A stretch of 64,000 nucleotides of DNA from Nitrosopumilus sp. (GTDB taxonomy: Archaea; Thermoproteota; Nitrososphaeria; Nitrososphaerales; Nitrosopumilaceae): positions 1,952,001 to 2,016,000 of the forward strand of contig OZ245040.1 in assembly GCA_965224195.1 (NCBI GenBank), given 5' to 3'. Position 1 is the stretch's first letter. The number at the start of each line of letters is the position of its first letter. The notes under the pieces were generated by a model. It was not told the DNA's origin and did not search any database. It was given only the letters and a program-made list of their open reading frames with translations. The translations under genes were made by a program, and so were the position numbers. This document shows positions 1 to 9,870 of the stretch, piece after piece.

Positions 1-453
1 TGAAAATTTCTTACAATCACATGAATTAAACAAGCAGACATCTCCATCACCTTCATCATGATCTTGAGCTTCATGACTACAGCTGCATACTGCATCTTTC
101 TTTACATCATCTAAAAATTTGTCAGCATACACTCCTAATCTTAGATATGCTTCACCGGCATGACCTTTTTTGAATCGTTCATAATTTTCTGATTTTGGTA
201 ATTCTTTAAAAAAAGATAGATTCGTATCAGGTTTCTGTGAATCCGAACCCATAATGAACCAATAATTGTCATCAAGCTCTAAAAATCGAATTTTAATTGA
301 GGGATCAACCCAAGAATAAATTGTATCATGCCAAAGAGATGCAGCTTCTTTTCGATCAGTAAATAATGGAACAACATTCATTCTCAAATCATAATATCTA
401 TACGCAACACCTACAAAGTCATCAAACCAAGGAATAGATGATTGAGAAGACAT
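1..453 (-). CDS. Conserved hypothetical protein, runs off window start; C-terminal Cys/His cluster
   Basis: Open frame read manually from ATG at 453: MSSQSSIPWFDDFVGVAYRYYDLRMN...CSCSHEAQDHDEGDGDVCLFNSCDCKKF. Confidence 0.75.
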   Translation of the reverse strand, partial: MSSQSSIPWFDDFVGVAYRYYDLRMNVVPLFTDRKEAASLWHDTIYSWVDPSIKIRFLELDDNYWFIMGSDSQKPDTNLSFFKELPKSENYERFKKGHAGEAYLRLGVYADKFLDDVKKDAVCSCSHEAQDHDEGDGDVCLFNSCDCKKFS

Positions 454-537
454 TGCACGGAAATTATTCCAGAGCATATTTATCTGATCTGAATTAATGG
501 TAATACCCTTATATCATAGTTTTAGAATTAATTACAT

Positions 538-819
538 ATGGCTTCCTATAGAACCAGTATGCAAATTGTTGCAGATGTATTAGATGCCACTCAACAGTCT
601 GGTCAAGAAGGCATTAAAACAACATCCTTACTTACAAAGGCAAATCTATCACATTCAAGATTATCAAAATTCTTGGAAAATTTGACCGGAGCAGGTCTAA
701 TCAACAAAATAGGATTTGATGGCAAGAATACTTTTGTAATTACATCCAAAGGCAGACAATACTTGGACTCTTACATGAATTTCTCAAGTATTGCAGGTTC
801 ATTTGGATTAGAACTTTAA
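538..819 (+). CDS. Winged helix-turn-helix transcriptional regulator (archaeal HTH_45/DUF4364-like)
   Basis: YRTSMQIVADVL...KANLSHSRLSKFLENL...ITSKGRQYL pattern. Confidence 0.85.
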   Translation: MASYRTSMQIVADVLDATQQSGQEGIKTTSLLTKANLSHSRLSKFLENLTGAGLINKIGFDGKNTFVITSKGRQYLDSYMNFSSIAGSFGLEL

Positions 820-822
820 AAT

Positions 823-1035
823 TTATTTTCTAGATCTTCTTTTTGCGTTAGCTGCTTGTCGTTCTTTTCTTTCTTTGTAGGTACTGTATACAAAAATAAT
901 TATGATTCCGGCTATAGCAGCATAAAATAATGGAATAAGAGGAGGATCACGGAATTCTCCAGATGATGGTTCAACAAACGCAATTGGTATAGTTACAACC
1001 ATGAAAATCAAAATTACTAATAGATACTTATCCAC
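823..1035 (-). CDS. Small two-TM hypothetical membrane protein
   Basis: Two hydrophobic segments, basic tail; GTG start. Confidence 0.7.
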   Translation of the reverse strand: MDKYLLVILIFMVVTIPIAFVEPSSGEFRDPPLIPLFYAAIAGIIIIFVYSTYKERKERQAANAKRRSRK

Positions 1036-1092
1036 AAATTTCTTGGTTTACAAAACCATATATCTTTTTGATTTGAAGAAATCAATAGAGAA

Positions 1093-1284
1093 ATGGTAAA
1101 ATTACTTGAAATGATAGGATTGGGCCTTGTTGCAATTATGACATTAGGTTTTGTAGGGGCATTCATACCATATGGGATACAAAATGGGACATCCGAATTA
1201 TTTTGGGGTTGTGCAGGTGCTGCACTAATGATAATCGTCTATAGAAAGATAAAAAATAAAAAAGTAGAAGAGAAAGAAAATTAG
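1093..1284 (+). CDS. Small two-TM hypothetical membrane protein
   Basis: Two hydrophobic helices and charged C-terminus. Confidence 0.7.
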   Translation: MVKLLEMIGLGLVAIMTLGFVGAFIPYGIQNGTSELFWGCAGAALMIIVYRKIKNKKVEEKEN

Positions 1285-1375
1285 AATATTTTAAAAATTA
1301 TCAGTAGTTAATCAATTGTAAATCAACCGACAGATCTATAAAGGACAATTCTGAGTTAATTACAAGGGGAATATT

Positions 1376-1459
1376 TTGGTAGATCAAACAAAACAATGGT
1401 GGGAAGGTTTAGGAAAAGAACTAGAAACAGATATTGAAACCTTCGATGAATCAGCTTAA
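1376..1459 (+). CDS. Putative 27-aa acidic microprotein (MVDQTKQWWEGLGKELETDIETFDESA)
   Basis: TTG start preceded by purine-rich AAGGGGA and TATA-like TCTATAAA near 1335; fills an intergenic gap. Confidence 0.4.
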   Translation: MVDQTKQWWEGLGKELETDIETFDESA

Positions 1460-1490
1460 CAATTATCTAGACATTTTTAAAAATTATTAA

Positions 1491-1564
1491 AGCCTTGAAC
1501 GGGGTACGAACCCGCGACCTAACGCTTACGAGGCGTTCGCTCTACCAGGCTGAGCTACCAAGGC
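1491..1564 (-). tRNA. tRNA-Thr(CGT)
   Basis: Reverse complement GCCTTGGTAGCTCAGCCTGGTAGAGC...CT-CGT-AA...TCAAGGCT folds as cloverleaf. Confidence 0.93.
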
Positions 1565-1617
1565 ACGTTTTGGTAAATCCATCAGAGTTAATAAAAAGCC
1601 TTTCCGAAATGGACTAA

Positions 1618-2916
1618 ATGAAAAAAACAATTTCAGGGATTAGAGGAATATTTGGAGAAGATCTTAACCTAAAAGACGTATTAGAATTTTGTAATAATTT
1701 TTCATCATTAATAAAATCAAAAAAATGTGTCATTGGAAAAGATACCAGACCATCAGGTTCAATGGTAAAAGACTCTGCAAGTGCAGCATTGATGAAAAAT
1801 GGAATTGATGTTTTTAATTTAGAAACAGTTCCAACTCCAGTAGTTTTCAGAGAAGCAAGAAATTATGGAGCTGGGTTGGTAATTTCTTCATCACATAATC
1901 CATTAGAATGGAATGGGATGAAATTCATCATTAATGGTAGAGGAATAAATGAGCATGAACATCCACAAATCATCCAACATCAAGATATTGTAAAAACAAA
2001 AATAGGTATTGAGACTAAAATTACTACATCATACATAGAAGATGCAAAAAAAATCATAGGCGATTTGGAAAACAAGCCAAAAGTTGTAGTAGATATCGGA
2101 GGAGGGGCTGCTAAAAGTTTCGCTCCAGAATTACTAAGAGAAATTGGATGTGATGTTCAAGTAATTAATGAAAATATTTCAGGATGTTCAAGAGGGCCTG
2201 ATCCAACATCTGATAATTTATCAGAATTAATTACTACAACTAATAAAAAAGACATTGGATTTGCATTTGATCTAGATGGAGATCGATTAGTTGTTGTTAA
2301 AGATAGAAAAAAACAAACACCAGATGTTACACTGGGTTTAGGAGTAGCAAAATCATTAGAGCTAGGTTACAAAAAATTTGTACTAAGTATTGATACAAGT
2401 GTCTCAGTCGAAAAGTTCATCAAAGAAAAAGGAGGAACTGTGCAAAGATCCAAAGTAGGAGAAGCAAACGTGATAGATCTCATGCTAGAAAATAATGCAC
2501 AAGCTGGAGGTGAAGGTAGTAGTGGTGGTTTTATTTTACCAGAATTCAATTATTGTAGAGAAGGGATTCTGACAAGTGGTCTTATTGCATCTATGTTGAA
2601 TGGTTCAAAATTTAATGAGATATTAAATTACATGGAAAGTTATAATCAAATTAGAGATAAAACTAAAATTGATTCAGAATTTCATGATAAAGTTATCGAA
2701 GAAGTGAAATCAAAATTTTCAAAAGACTATTCTGAAATTATTACATTAGATGGAATCAAAGGAATTATTGATGAAAATAGTTGGGTATTAATCAGGAAAT
2801 CAAATACAGAAGACATCATTAGAGTTTCAGCAGAATCAAATAATAAAGAAAAATGTAAAGAGATAGTCAATAATGCGATAAAAATGGTAAATCAGAGTTA
2901 TGAAAAAATTAGATGA
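1618..2916 (+). CDS. Phosphomannomutase/phosphoglucomutase family
   Basis: ISGIRG, SSSHNP phospho-Ser loop, DLDGDR metal loop, GEGSSGG. Confidence 0.93.
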   Translation: MKKTISGIRGIFGEDLNLKDVLEFCNNFSSLIKSKKCVIGKDTRPSGSMVKDSASAALMKNGIDVFNLETVPTPVVFREARNYGAGLVISSSHNPLEWNGMKFIINGRGINEHEHPQIIQHQDIVKTKIGIETKITTSYIEDAKKIIGDLENKPKVVVDIGGGAAKSFAPELLREIGCDVQVINENISGCSRGPDPTSDNLSELITTTNKKDIGFAFDLDGDRLVVVKDRKKQTPDVTLGLGVAKSLELGYKKFVLSIDTSVSVEKFIKEKGGTVQRSKVGEANVIDLMLENNAQAGGEGSSGGFILPEFNYCREGILTSGLIASMLNGSKFNEILNYMESYNQIRDKTKIDSEFHDKVIEEVKSKFSKDYSEIITLDGIKGIIDENSWVLIRKSNTEDIIRVSAESNNKEKCKEIVNNAIKMVNQSYEKIR

Positions 2917-3850
2917 AACATCAATAATTGAAATTTTTCAAAAAGGATTAGGTAAAAAGAAATTTGATTCAGAGGATGTAGAAGTTTTCAATTTAAGTAA
3001 AAACAAAATTGTGGCAAAAACTGACACATTAGTACAAAGTACAGATATTCCATCTAAAATGGAATTATCTGATGCTGCAAGGAAAAGTATTGTAGCATGT
3101 GTAAGTGATTTTGCCTCAAAAGGTGTCAAGCCAGCATATGGAATGATTTCAATAAATCTTCCAAATACCATTTCACGCTCAAAAATTAAGCAAATTGTTT
3201 CTGGTTTTAAAAAAGCATCCAAAGAATTCAATGTTTCAATTTTAGGAGGAGATACAAACGAAGGAAGGGAAATTGTTTTCAACGTATGTCTTTTTGGGAT
3301 TGTAGACAAAATAGTTACAAGAAAGGATTCAAAAAAAGGAGATCTGATATTTGTTACTGGTCCGTTTGGATATACAGCAGCTGGATTAGACATGATTCTT
3401 GGTAAAAAAAGAGGAAAACCAGAATTTGTGAAAAAAGCAATTAATTCAGTCATTAAACCAAAACCCAGACTCAGTTTTGGAATAAAAAATAAGAGATATT
3501 TTTCATCATCAATGGATTCCAGTGATGGGTTATCTACAACATTAAACGAAATGTCAAAGCAAAGCAAAAATAAATTCATGATAACTAAAATTCCAGCCTT
3601 AAAAGATTTGGAAAATTTTGTAAAATCCTATAAATTGAATTTAAATAATTTAGTATTCAACGGTGGAGAAGAATATGAATTTGTTTTCACTGTACCCCCA
3701 AACCATAAAAAAACTATAATAAAGAATGCAAAATCATTAAAAATTCCAATTATAGAAATAGGTTTTGTTACTTCAGGAAAAGGTGTGTATGTTGAAAATG
3801 ATGACGACTTAATTCAGTTAAAAGATAGAGGTTGGAAGCATTTCAAATAA
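2900..3850 (+). CDS. thiL: Thiamine-monophosphate kinase
   Basis: SDFASKG, GGDT, MDSSDGL, GGEEYE, GWKHF motifs. Confidence 0.93.
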   Translation: MKKLDETSIIEIFQKGLGKKKFDSEDVEVFNLSKNKIVAKTDTLVQSTDIPSKMELSDAARKSIVACVSDFASKGVKPAYGMISINLPNTISRSKIKQIVSGFKKASKEFNVSILGGDTNEGREIVFNVCLFGIVDKIVTRKDSKKGDLIFVTGPFGYTAAGLDMILGKKRGKPEFVKKAINSVIKPKPRLSFGIKNKRYFSSSMDSSDGLSTTLNEMSKQSKNKFMITKIPALKDLENFVKSYKLNLNNLVFNGGEEYEFVFTVPPNHKKTIIKNAKSLKIPIIEIGFVTSGKGVYVENDDDLIQLKDRGWKHFK

Positions 3851-4171
3851 TTATTCCCCATATGAAAAATCTCGTTCAACATTATTCATAATACTAAAAA
3901 CAGATTCTATAGATAAAACATTCACACATTCAGTGATCCACATTTCATCAAGATGCATCAAGCGCTTAAAATCATCATTAGGGAGTTCATCAGGACTAGA
4001 ATCAGGATACGTTGCATGAATTCTATATCCTTCATTAGCAATCAGTTGACAACTTTGTTCTTGAGGGGATAAACCAGAATCTCCGATCGGAATCAAAAAA
4101 TGAATTGCTACTGAAACCATTAATGCTGTTGCAACTGCCACACTAATTGCCAAGAACAAAATGGATGCCAT
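3851..4171 (-). CDS. Hypothetical protein with N-terminal TM helix
   Basis: 106-aa ORF, hydrophobic N-terminus, two Cys. Confidence 0.7.
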   Translation of the reverse strand: MASILFLAISVAVATALMVSVAIHFLIPIGDSGLSPQEQSCQLIANEGYRIHATYPDSSPDELPNDDFKRLMHLDEMWITECVNVLSIESVFSIMNNVERDFSYGE

Positions 4172-4287
4172 TTAATGCATCCAGAAGATAGCAGTATATG
4201 AATAGTCATTGAATATGCAATAGTACCCAAATTAAGACAAGTATAGAAAATCAATGTATTTTAAACCCTTTACGACCTGATTAGACA

Positions 4288-4812
4288 TTGTCAGAAGTAG
4301 AAGCTGAGGTTCAAGAGGCACCAGTAGAAAAGACTGAAACTGTAGCAGTAGAGACCAAAGCTGTAGAAGAAGTAGAAACTGAAGCTGTTCAAGAATCAAA
4401 ACCTCAACCAGAGACAAAAAAAGAAGGTCCTGAAAAATGGGGAATTGCCCATATTTACAGTAGTTATAATAATACAATTATTCACATGACTGACCTTACA
4501 AGTGCAGAAACAGTATCCATCAGTTCTGGTGGTGTACATGTTAATGCCGACAGATACGAATCATCACCATTTGCTGCAATGAAAGCTGCTAATGCAGTAG
4601 TTGATGCAGCAAGAACTAAAGGATTCACAGGATTTCATATTAGAGTTCGTGCTGTAGGTGGAGTCGGTTCCAGAGTTCCTGGTCCAGGTGCACAAGCTGC
4701 AATCAGAGCATTAGCAAGAGGCGGATTTAAAATTGGAAGAATTGATGATGTAACACCAATCCCTCATGATACCACCAGAAAGAAAGGTGGAAAACGAGGA
4801 AGAAGAGTCTAG
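4288..4812 (+). CDS. rps11: 30S ribosomal protein uS11 with acidic N-terminal extension
   Basis: [48 protein letters not shown]. Confidence 0.97.
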   Translation: MSEVEAEVQEAPVEKTETVAVETKAVEEVETEAVQESKPQPETKKEGPEKWGIAHIYSSYNNTIIHMTDLTSAETVSISSGGVHVNADRYESSPFAAMKAANAVVDAARTKGFTGFHIRVRAVGGVGSRVPGPGAQAAIRALARGGFKIGRIDDVTPIPHDTTRKKGGKRGRRV

Positions 4813-5120
4813 TCAGATATTTTTATTTTAATATCACAACCTTTAGAAACAAAATAATCTGTCATGAATTTTACAAATTTTCCTGCTTGATCATTTGCCT
4901 GATATTTATTAATCATGTCAGAGAATTTTTCTTCTATTCCATTTTGTAAATTAGGTTTAATGGCTAATTTGAAAAATGTCCATCCAAATTTGGGTGAAGG
5001 TTCACTTAGAACATATCCATTATAACCAGACACAAGACTTTCCATATGAGATAATGCCTTTTTGATTGTTAATAGATCATCTGCATAATTTTTTGTTCCA
5101 ATTTCTAAAACAATGTTCAT
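4809..5120 (-). CDS. Conserved hypothetical protein
   Basis: 103-aa ORF translationally coupled to upstream PDCD5-like gene. Confidence 0.7.
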   Translation of the reverse strand: MNIVLEIGTKNYADDLLTIKKALSHMESLVSGYNGYVLSEPSPKFGWTFFKLAIKPNLQNGIEEKFSDMINKYQANDQAGKFVKFMTDYFVSKGCDIKIKISD

Positions 5121-5536
5121 TACTCATCACCATCATTAGTGGATTGATTACTAAGTTTGTCAGTTAAAGAAACAAACTTTCCATCTTGTTCTACATTGAT
5201 TTTTGTAGCCATTCTAACATTGATACCAACGGATCTAAACAATGTCAATAATTTTCCCCCATCAATACTTTCATTAATTTCACCAGTTTTAATTAATTCA
5301 GATAATTTTTTAATGATCATTTTTGTTTCATTTGGAAATTGAGATTCTGCATTTTGTAAAACTTCTAGTCCACGGAATCCAAGTATTTTGATAAGAGAGT
5401 CTCTTGGATTTTCAGGAACCTTTTCTTTTTCAGTATCAGGAATTGGTTCTGATTCTTGTTTTGTAGAGATATTTTTCTGCATTTCAGCTAACCGTTTAGC
5501 CTTTAATCGTTCTAATTCAGAATCTTCTTCGCTCAA
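5120..5536 (-). CDS. PDCD5-like dsDNA-binding protein
   Basis: DSELERLKAKRLAEMQ N-terminus and IDGGKLLTLF segment. Confidence 0.8.
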   Translation of the reverse strand: MSEEDSELERLKAKRLAEMQKNISTKQESEPIPDTEKEKVPENPRDSLIKILGFRGLEVLQNAESQFPNETKMIIKKLSELIKTGEINESIDGGKLLTLFRSVGINVRMATKINVEQDGKFVSLTDKLSNQSTNDGDE

Positions 5537-6981
5537 CCTTTAATCACACCAATAGGCACTAATTTTGCAACTTTTGTGGCAATTCCCAAGTTATGAGAAA
5601 CATTAACTACAGAATCAACATCTTTGTAGGCTTGAGGAGTTTCTTCGACAACTCCATTTTGAGTTAATGCTTTGAGAAATATGCCTTTGTCATTTAGAGA
5701 TTTTTTTACATCATCTTCAGTAAAATTTCTCCTAGCTTTTGAACGAGACATTATTCTTCCTGCACCATGAGCAGTAGAACCAAAACTCAAATTCATTGAA
5801 TTTGGCTGTCCAAGTAAAATCCAGCTAGCAGTACCCATAGAACCAGGAACTAAAACAGGTTGTCCCAAATCACGATATTTGAATGGGACTTCATTTCGAT
5901 TTGCAGGAAATGCTCTTGTTGCACCTTTTCTATGAACTACCAGATTACGTTCTGCTCCATCTACTTTGTGTTTTTCAACTTTAGCAATATTATGAGAAAC
6001 ATCATAAACTAATTTCATATCAAGATCAGATTCTGATTGATTAAATACACGTTGAAAAGAATTTCTCGTCCAATGAGTTAGCATTTGTCTATTACTCCAA
6101 GCAAAATTCAATGCAGAGAACATTGCTTTTCTATAAGATTCGCCTTCTTCAGAATTATTTGGCACACATGCAAGTTCTCTATCAGGTAAATGGATATTAT
6201 ATTTCTCCATAGCTTGCTCTGCCACTCTAAGATAATCACTACAAACCTGATGACCAAATCCTCTAGAGCCACAATGAATTAAAACTGTAATTGTACCTTC
6301 TTCTATTCCCATTCTCTTTGCTGCTTCTTCATCATGGATTTCTGCAACTTTTTGTACTTCTAGAAAATGATTACCAGAACCTAAACTACCAAGTTGAGGT
6401 GCACCTCTTTTTCTTGCTTTATCAGAAACTTTGTTTGGATCAGCATTTTGAATCTGTCCACTTTCTTCACAAACATCAGAGTCATCAGATGAACCATAGC
6501 CATGATCAATTGCCCAGTCTACTCCCCTTACCAAAACTTCATCAAGTTCAGAAGAAGTCAGTTTGATTGCACCTTTAGAACCAACACCCGAAGGGATAGA
6601 GCTAAAAAGATCAGTTACCAATTCTTTTAGTTTTGAACGAACCAAATCTTCAGATAAATTAGAACGAAGCAAACGCACGCCACAATTAATGTCATAACCT
6701 ACACCACCAGGACTAATCATCCCTTCTTCTGCATCCATTGCTGCAACTCCACCTACTGGAAAACCATAGCCTTCATGACCATCAGGTAAAACTACACTAT
6801 GACTAACTATACCAGGAATACAGGCCACATTTTTTGCCTGCATTATTGTTCTATCAGAGAGCATTTTTTGCATTAATGGTTCATCAGCATAGATTCTCAC
6901 AGGAACTTTCATTCCAAGATTGAAATCAGCGTCAATCTGATATTGATTTTCTCCAATTTTTCTGGGTGTACTAGAAGACAT
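5533..6981 (-). CDS. rtcB: RtcB RNA-splicing ligase
   Basis: PDGHEGYGFPVGG, GYDINCG, GSGNHF, HCGSRG, HRKGAT, HGAGR, AYKD. Confidence 0.97.
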   Translation of the reverse strand: MSSSTPRKIGENQYQIDADFNLGMKVPVRIYADEPLMQKMLSDRTIMQAKNVACIPGIVSHSVVLPDGHEGYGFPVGGVAAMDAEEGMISPGGVGYDINCGVRLLRSNLSEDLVRSKLKELVTDLFSSIPSGVGSKGAIKLTSSELDEVLVRGVDWAIDHGYGSSDDSDVCEESGQIQNADPNKVSDKARKRGAPQLGSLGSGNHFLEVQKVAEIHDEEAAKRMGIEEGTITVLIHCGSRGFGHQVCSDYLRVAEQAMEKYNIHLPDRELACVPNNSEEGESYRKAMFSALNFAWSNRQMLTHWTRNSFQRVFNQSESDLDMKLVYDVSHNIAKVEKHKVDGAERNLVVHRKGATRAFPANRNEVPFKYRDLGQPVLVPGSMGTASWILLGQPNSMNLSFGSTAHGAGRIMSRSKARRNFTEDDVKKSLNDKGIFLKALTQNGVVEETPQAYKDVDSVVNVSHNLGIATKVAKLVPIGVIKG

Positions 6982-7108
6982 GAGTATTGGTAAAAATTCC
7001 CTTCAATCCAATTTAAATCATCAGAAAATTTGTAAAATAATTTCAAATAAATCAGTCAACATGAAATTAATGATCTAATTTATCTATGATTAAATCGTTT
7101 CATTATTT

Positions 7109-7309
7109 GTGGTAAGAAAACAATTAACAGAAAAGGAAATTAAAAAACAAAAAGAAGAGCAATCGTTGAGAGCAAAAGCTTCTCGAGCAGCTAGAAGAAG
7201 CGGCAAAAGTATGAAAACTGAAGGTAAAGTAAGCAAAGCAACTGCAAAGACAAAAGAAAATAGATCATCAAAGAAAGTTGCAGCAATAAAAAAGAGAACT
7301 AGAAGTTAG
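7109..7309 (+). CDS. Small highly basic hypothetical protein
   Basis: 66 aa Lys/Arg/Ala/Ser-rich, GTG start, just upstream of purB. Confidence 0.6.
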   Translation: MVRKQLTEKEIKKQKEEQSLRAKASRAARRSGKSMKTEGKVSKATAKTKENRSSKKVAAIKKRTRS

Positions 7310-7340
7310 ATTTATGTATAAAGTATAAAGAATAGAAACA

Positions 7341-8702
7341 TTGGCAATCCTACCTATCGATAATGGTCGTTACGGCACAAAAGAAATGATGGATATTTTC
7401 AATGAACAAAAGAAAGTAGACTATCAATTAGAAATTGAAGGAGCTGCTGCCATTTCCCAAAGCGAAATAGGGATGATCTCAAAAAGTATAGGTAAAGAAA
7501 TTTACAAAGCAGCAATGTCAGGAAAAATTACTGCGAAAAGAATCAAGCAGTTAGAGGCAAAAAGTGATCACGATACTGCAGCTTTGGTAGAATCACTAAG
7601 TGAGAAATGTAGTAAAAACGCCAAACCTTGGATACATTATGGGTTAACAAGTAATGATTTAGTTGACACAAGTAACTCAATGCAAATGAGAGATGCATTG
7701 CAAATTATTGAACCAAAAGTTGCAAAGATGGCATCGATTCTTGCAAAAAAAGCTGTAAAACATGGGAAGATCCCAGCAGTTGGTAGAACCCATGGTCAAC
7801 ATGCAAGTATCATTTCATTTGGATTAAAATTTGCAAATTGGGCTGCAGAAATGGCAAAACATGTAGAACGTATTGAAGAGATTAAGAAAAGAATTTTGAT
7901 TTGTAAAACATTAGGTGTTGTAGGTACAGGCTCACTAATGGGTGCAAAATCACTTGAAGTGCAAAAAAGAGCTGCAAAACGATTAAAATTATTCCCAGCA
8001 GAAGTTACAACACAAGTTGTTACCAGAGAAAGATATGCTGAATATGTATTTGAGTTGGCATTAATTGGTGCAACATTAGAAAAAATTGCAATAGAGATTA
8101 GAAATTTACAAAGAACAGAAATTGGAGAAGTTGCAGAACAATTCAAGAAAGGGCAGATGGGAAGTAGTGCAGTTCCTGTAAAAAGAAATCCGATTAAAAG
8201 TGAACGAGTATCATCATTATCTAAACTAGTAAGAAGTCAAGTTGCAGTTGCATTTGAAAATATTCCATTATGGCATGAGAGAGATCTTTCAAATTCAGCA
8301 AATGAGAGATTTATTCTTCCAACAGTTTCAATTCTAGTTGATGAAATGTTAGAAACTATGACTAGAATTGTTTCAAACTTGATGGTAAATGAGAAAAGAA
8401 TTGTAGATAACCTATACATCACAAAGGGACAAATATTTGCAGAGTTTGTTTTAGAAGCCTTAATCAAAAAAGGAATTCCAAGATTTGAAGCATACAGAGA
8501 TGTTCAGAGAGTTGCATTTGAAGCAAATGACAAGGGGATGCTCTACAAGGATGCAATTAAAAACGACAAAGCATTTTCCTCAAAGTTAACAGACAAAGAA
8601 ATTGATGCAATATTCTCACCAGAAAAACATCTTGGTGCATCACCTGCAATTATTAGTAATGTAGAGAAATCAGTCAAGAAAACAGTTCAGAAATTCATCT
8701 AG
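7341..8702 (+). CDS. purB: Adenylosuccinate lyase
   Basis: HYGLTSND, GRTHGQHA, GSSAVPVKRNP, HERDLSNS. Confidence 0.96.
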   Translation: MAILPIDNGRYGTKEMMDIFNEQKKVDYQLEIEGAAAISQSEIGMISKSIGKEIYKAAMSGKITAKRIKQLEAKSDHDTAALVESLSEKCSKNAKPWIHYGLTSNDLVDTSNSMQMRDALQIIEPKVAKMASILAKKAVKHGKIPAVGRTHGQHASIISFGLKFANWAAEMAKHVERIEEIKKRILICKTLGVVGTGSLMGAKSLEVQKRAAKRLKLFPAEVTTQVVTRERYAEYVFELALIGATLEKIAIEIRNLQRTEIGEVAEQFKKGQMGSSAVPVKRNPIKSERVSSLSKLVRSQVAVAFENIPLWHERDLSNSANERFILPTVSILVDEMLETMTRIVSNLMVNEKRIVDNLYITKGQIFAEFVLEALIKKGIPRFEAYRDVQRVAFEANDKGMLYKDAIKNDKAFSSKLTDKEIDAIFSPEKHLGASPAIISNVEKSVKKTVQKFI

Positions 8703-9450
8703 TTTTCAGTAAAGTCTTGTGAATTTTAGTACCATATTGCAATGCTTTTTTTTGTTTTGTACAAGAAAGTTCTGGAACGTTAACTTCACTAGCTAATTTA
8801 CGAATAATGTGTTTACGATATAGATCTTCTGAATCATGGATTTTTTCAGATATAGGAACAGTTTTTGCATATTCAATAAATTTTTCTGAGAGTAATGGCT
8901 GGAGTATTTTTACTCCAAATTCAGATGCAACTAGATTTACTGCCTTTATCATTTTCAGTTCGTTATCTAATTTAGATATCATCACTTCATTGATTTGTGA
9001 CTCGCCACCGGAAAATGCTTCTCTGTATGCATTGTAGCCACAAAACAATTCATCTATTCCATTTGCAGTAATTACAGTATCAAGATCTAAAGAGTTTGCA
9101 AGTTTTGAAACATAATGAAAAGCAATACAATTTTCATTCCAAGATAAATTATCAGTCTTTATTGTTTGGTTAATTTTTGAAGAAACAGATACAAATGTAT
9201 CGGGATCAATTTCCAAAATATGATGAGGATATTTTAGAAATTCATTGACATGTTTTGCAAATAAAATATCATGTGATTCTAAAAATCCAATTGTAAGTAA
9301 TGTAACATCAAAATCCATATCTGAGCAAATTTTTGATATTAATGTACTATCAACACCACCAGAAAAAGCAATTCCAATTTTCTTTACTTTGACAGTTTCA
9401 GAAATAGAATTCTGGATATTATCAAGTAATTTTTTGTTCATATCATTCAT
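8695..9450 (-). CDS. Asparagine synthase C-terminal domain (PP-loop) protein
   Basis: AFSGGVDS, GIDELFCGY, KKALQYGT; no glutaminase domain. Confidence 0.85.
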   Translation of the reverse strand: MNDMNKKLLDNIQNSISETVKVKKIGIAFSGGVDSTLISKICSDMDFDVTLLTIGFLESHDILFAKHVNEFLKYPHHILEIDPDTFVSVSSKINQTIKTDNLSWNENCIAFHYVSKLANSLDLDTVITANGIDELFCGYNAYREAFSGGESQINEVMISKLDNELKMIKAVNLVASEFGVKILQPLLSEKFIEYAKTVPISEKIHDSEDLYRKHIIRKLASEVNVPELSCTKQKKALQYGTKIHKTLLKTR

Positions 9451-9522
9451 TTTGACTTACTCCGCACATTCGATATGGGGTAATGAATCAATCTTTTAAT
9501 TTAACGTCAAATGTAGCACAGT

Positions 9523-9801
9523 ATGATGAGATTATCTCAATTAGACATTGAGGAGCAGTTAAAGAATCTCTCAGGATGGAGTGTTGTTAATGAAAAACTA
9601 CACAAGGAATTTCAATTCAATAATTTCAATCAGGCATTTGGTTTTATGACCAGAGCAGCTATGGAAATTGAGAAAATGAATCATCATCCAGAATGGTTTA
9701 ACGTGTATAATAGGATCACCATAGAATTAACAACTCATGATGCTGGAGGTATCACAAAAAATGATGTCAATCTGGCTAAAATTCTAAATTCTTTGGAATA
9801 G
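9523..9801 (+). CDS. phhB: Pterin-4-alpha-carbinolamine dehydratase
   Basis: [21 protein letters not shown]. Confidence 0.93.
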   Translation: MMRLSQLDIEEQLKNLSGWSVVNEKLHKEFQFNNFNQAFGFMTRAAMEIEKMNHHPEWFNVYNRITIELTTHDAGGITKNDVNLAKILNSLE

Positions 9802-9870
9802 CTACAAATGAAGAATTTTAGGCACAATCATTACAGAATTTATATTATATCCAAAGTCAGTTGACTTCAC

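Noticed and set aside
823-1284. Small membrane proteins as possible ammonia monooxygenase accessory subunits
   Set aside because: No amo genes in the window and no recognisable similarity
2938-3579. Long antisense ORF in thiL, and similar shadows in purB, pepA, nuo genes and IS transposases
   Set aside because: Fully nested opposite well-supported genes, composition typical of antisense frames
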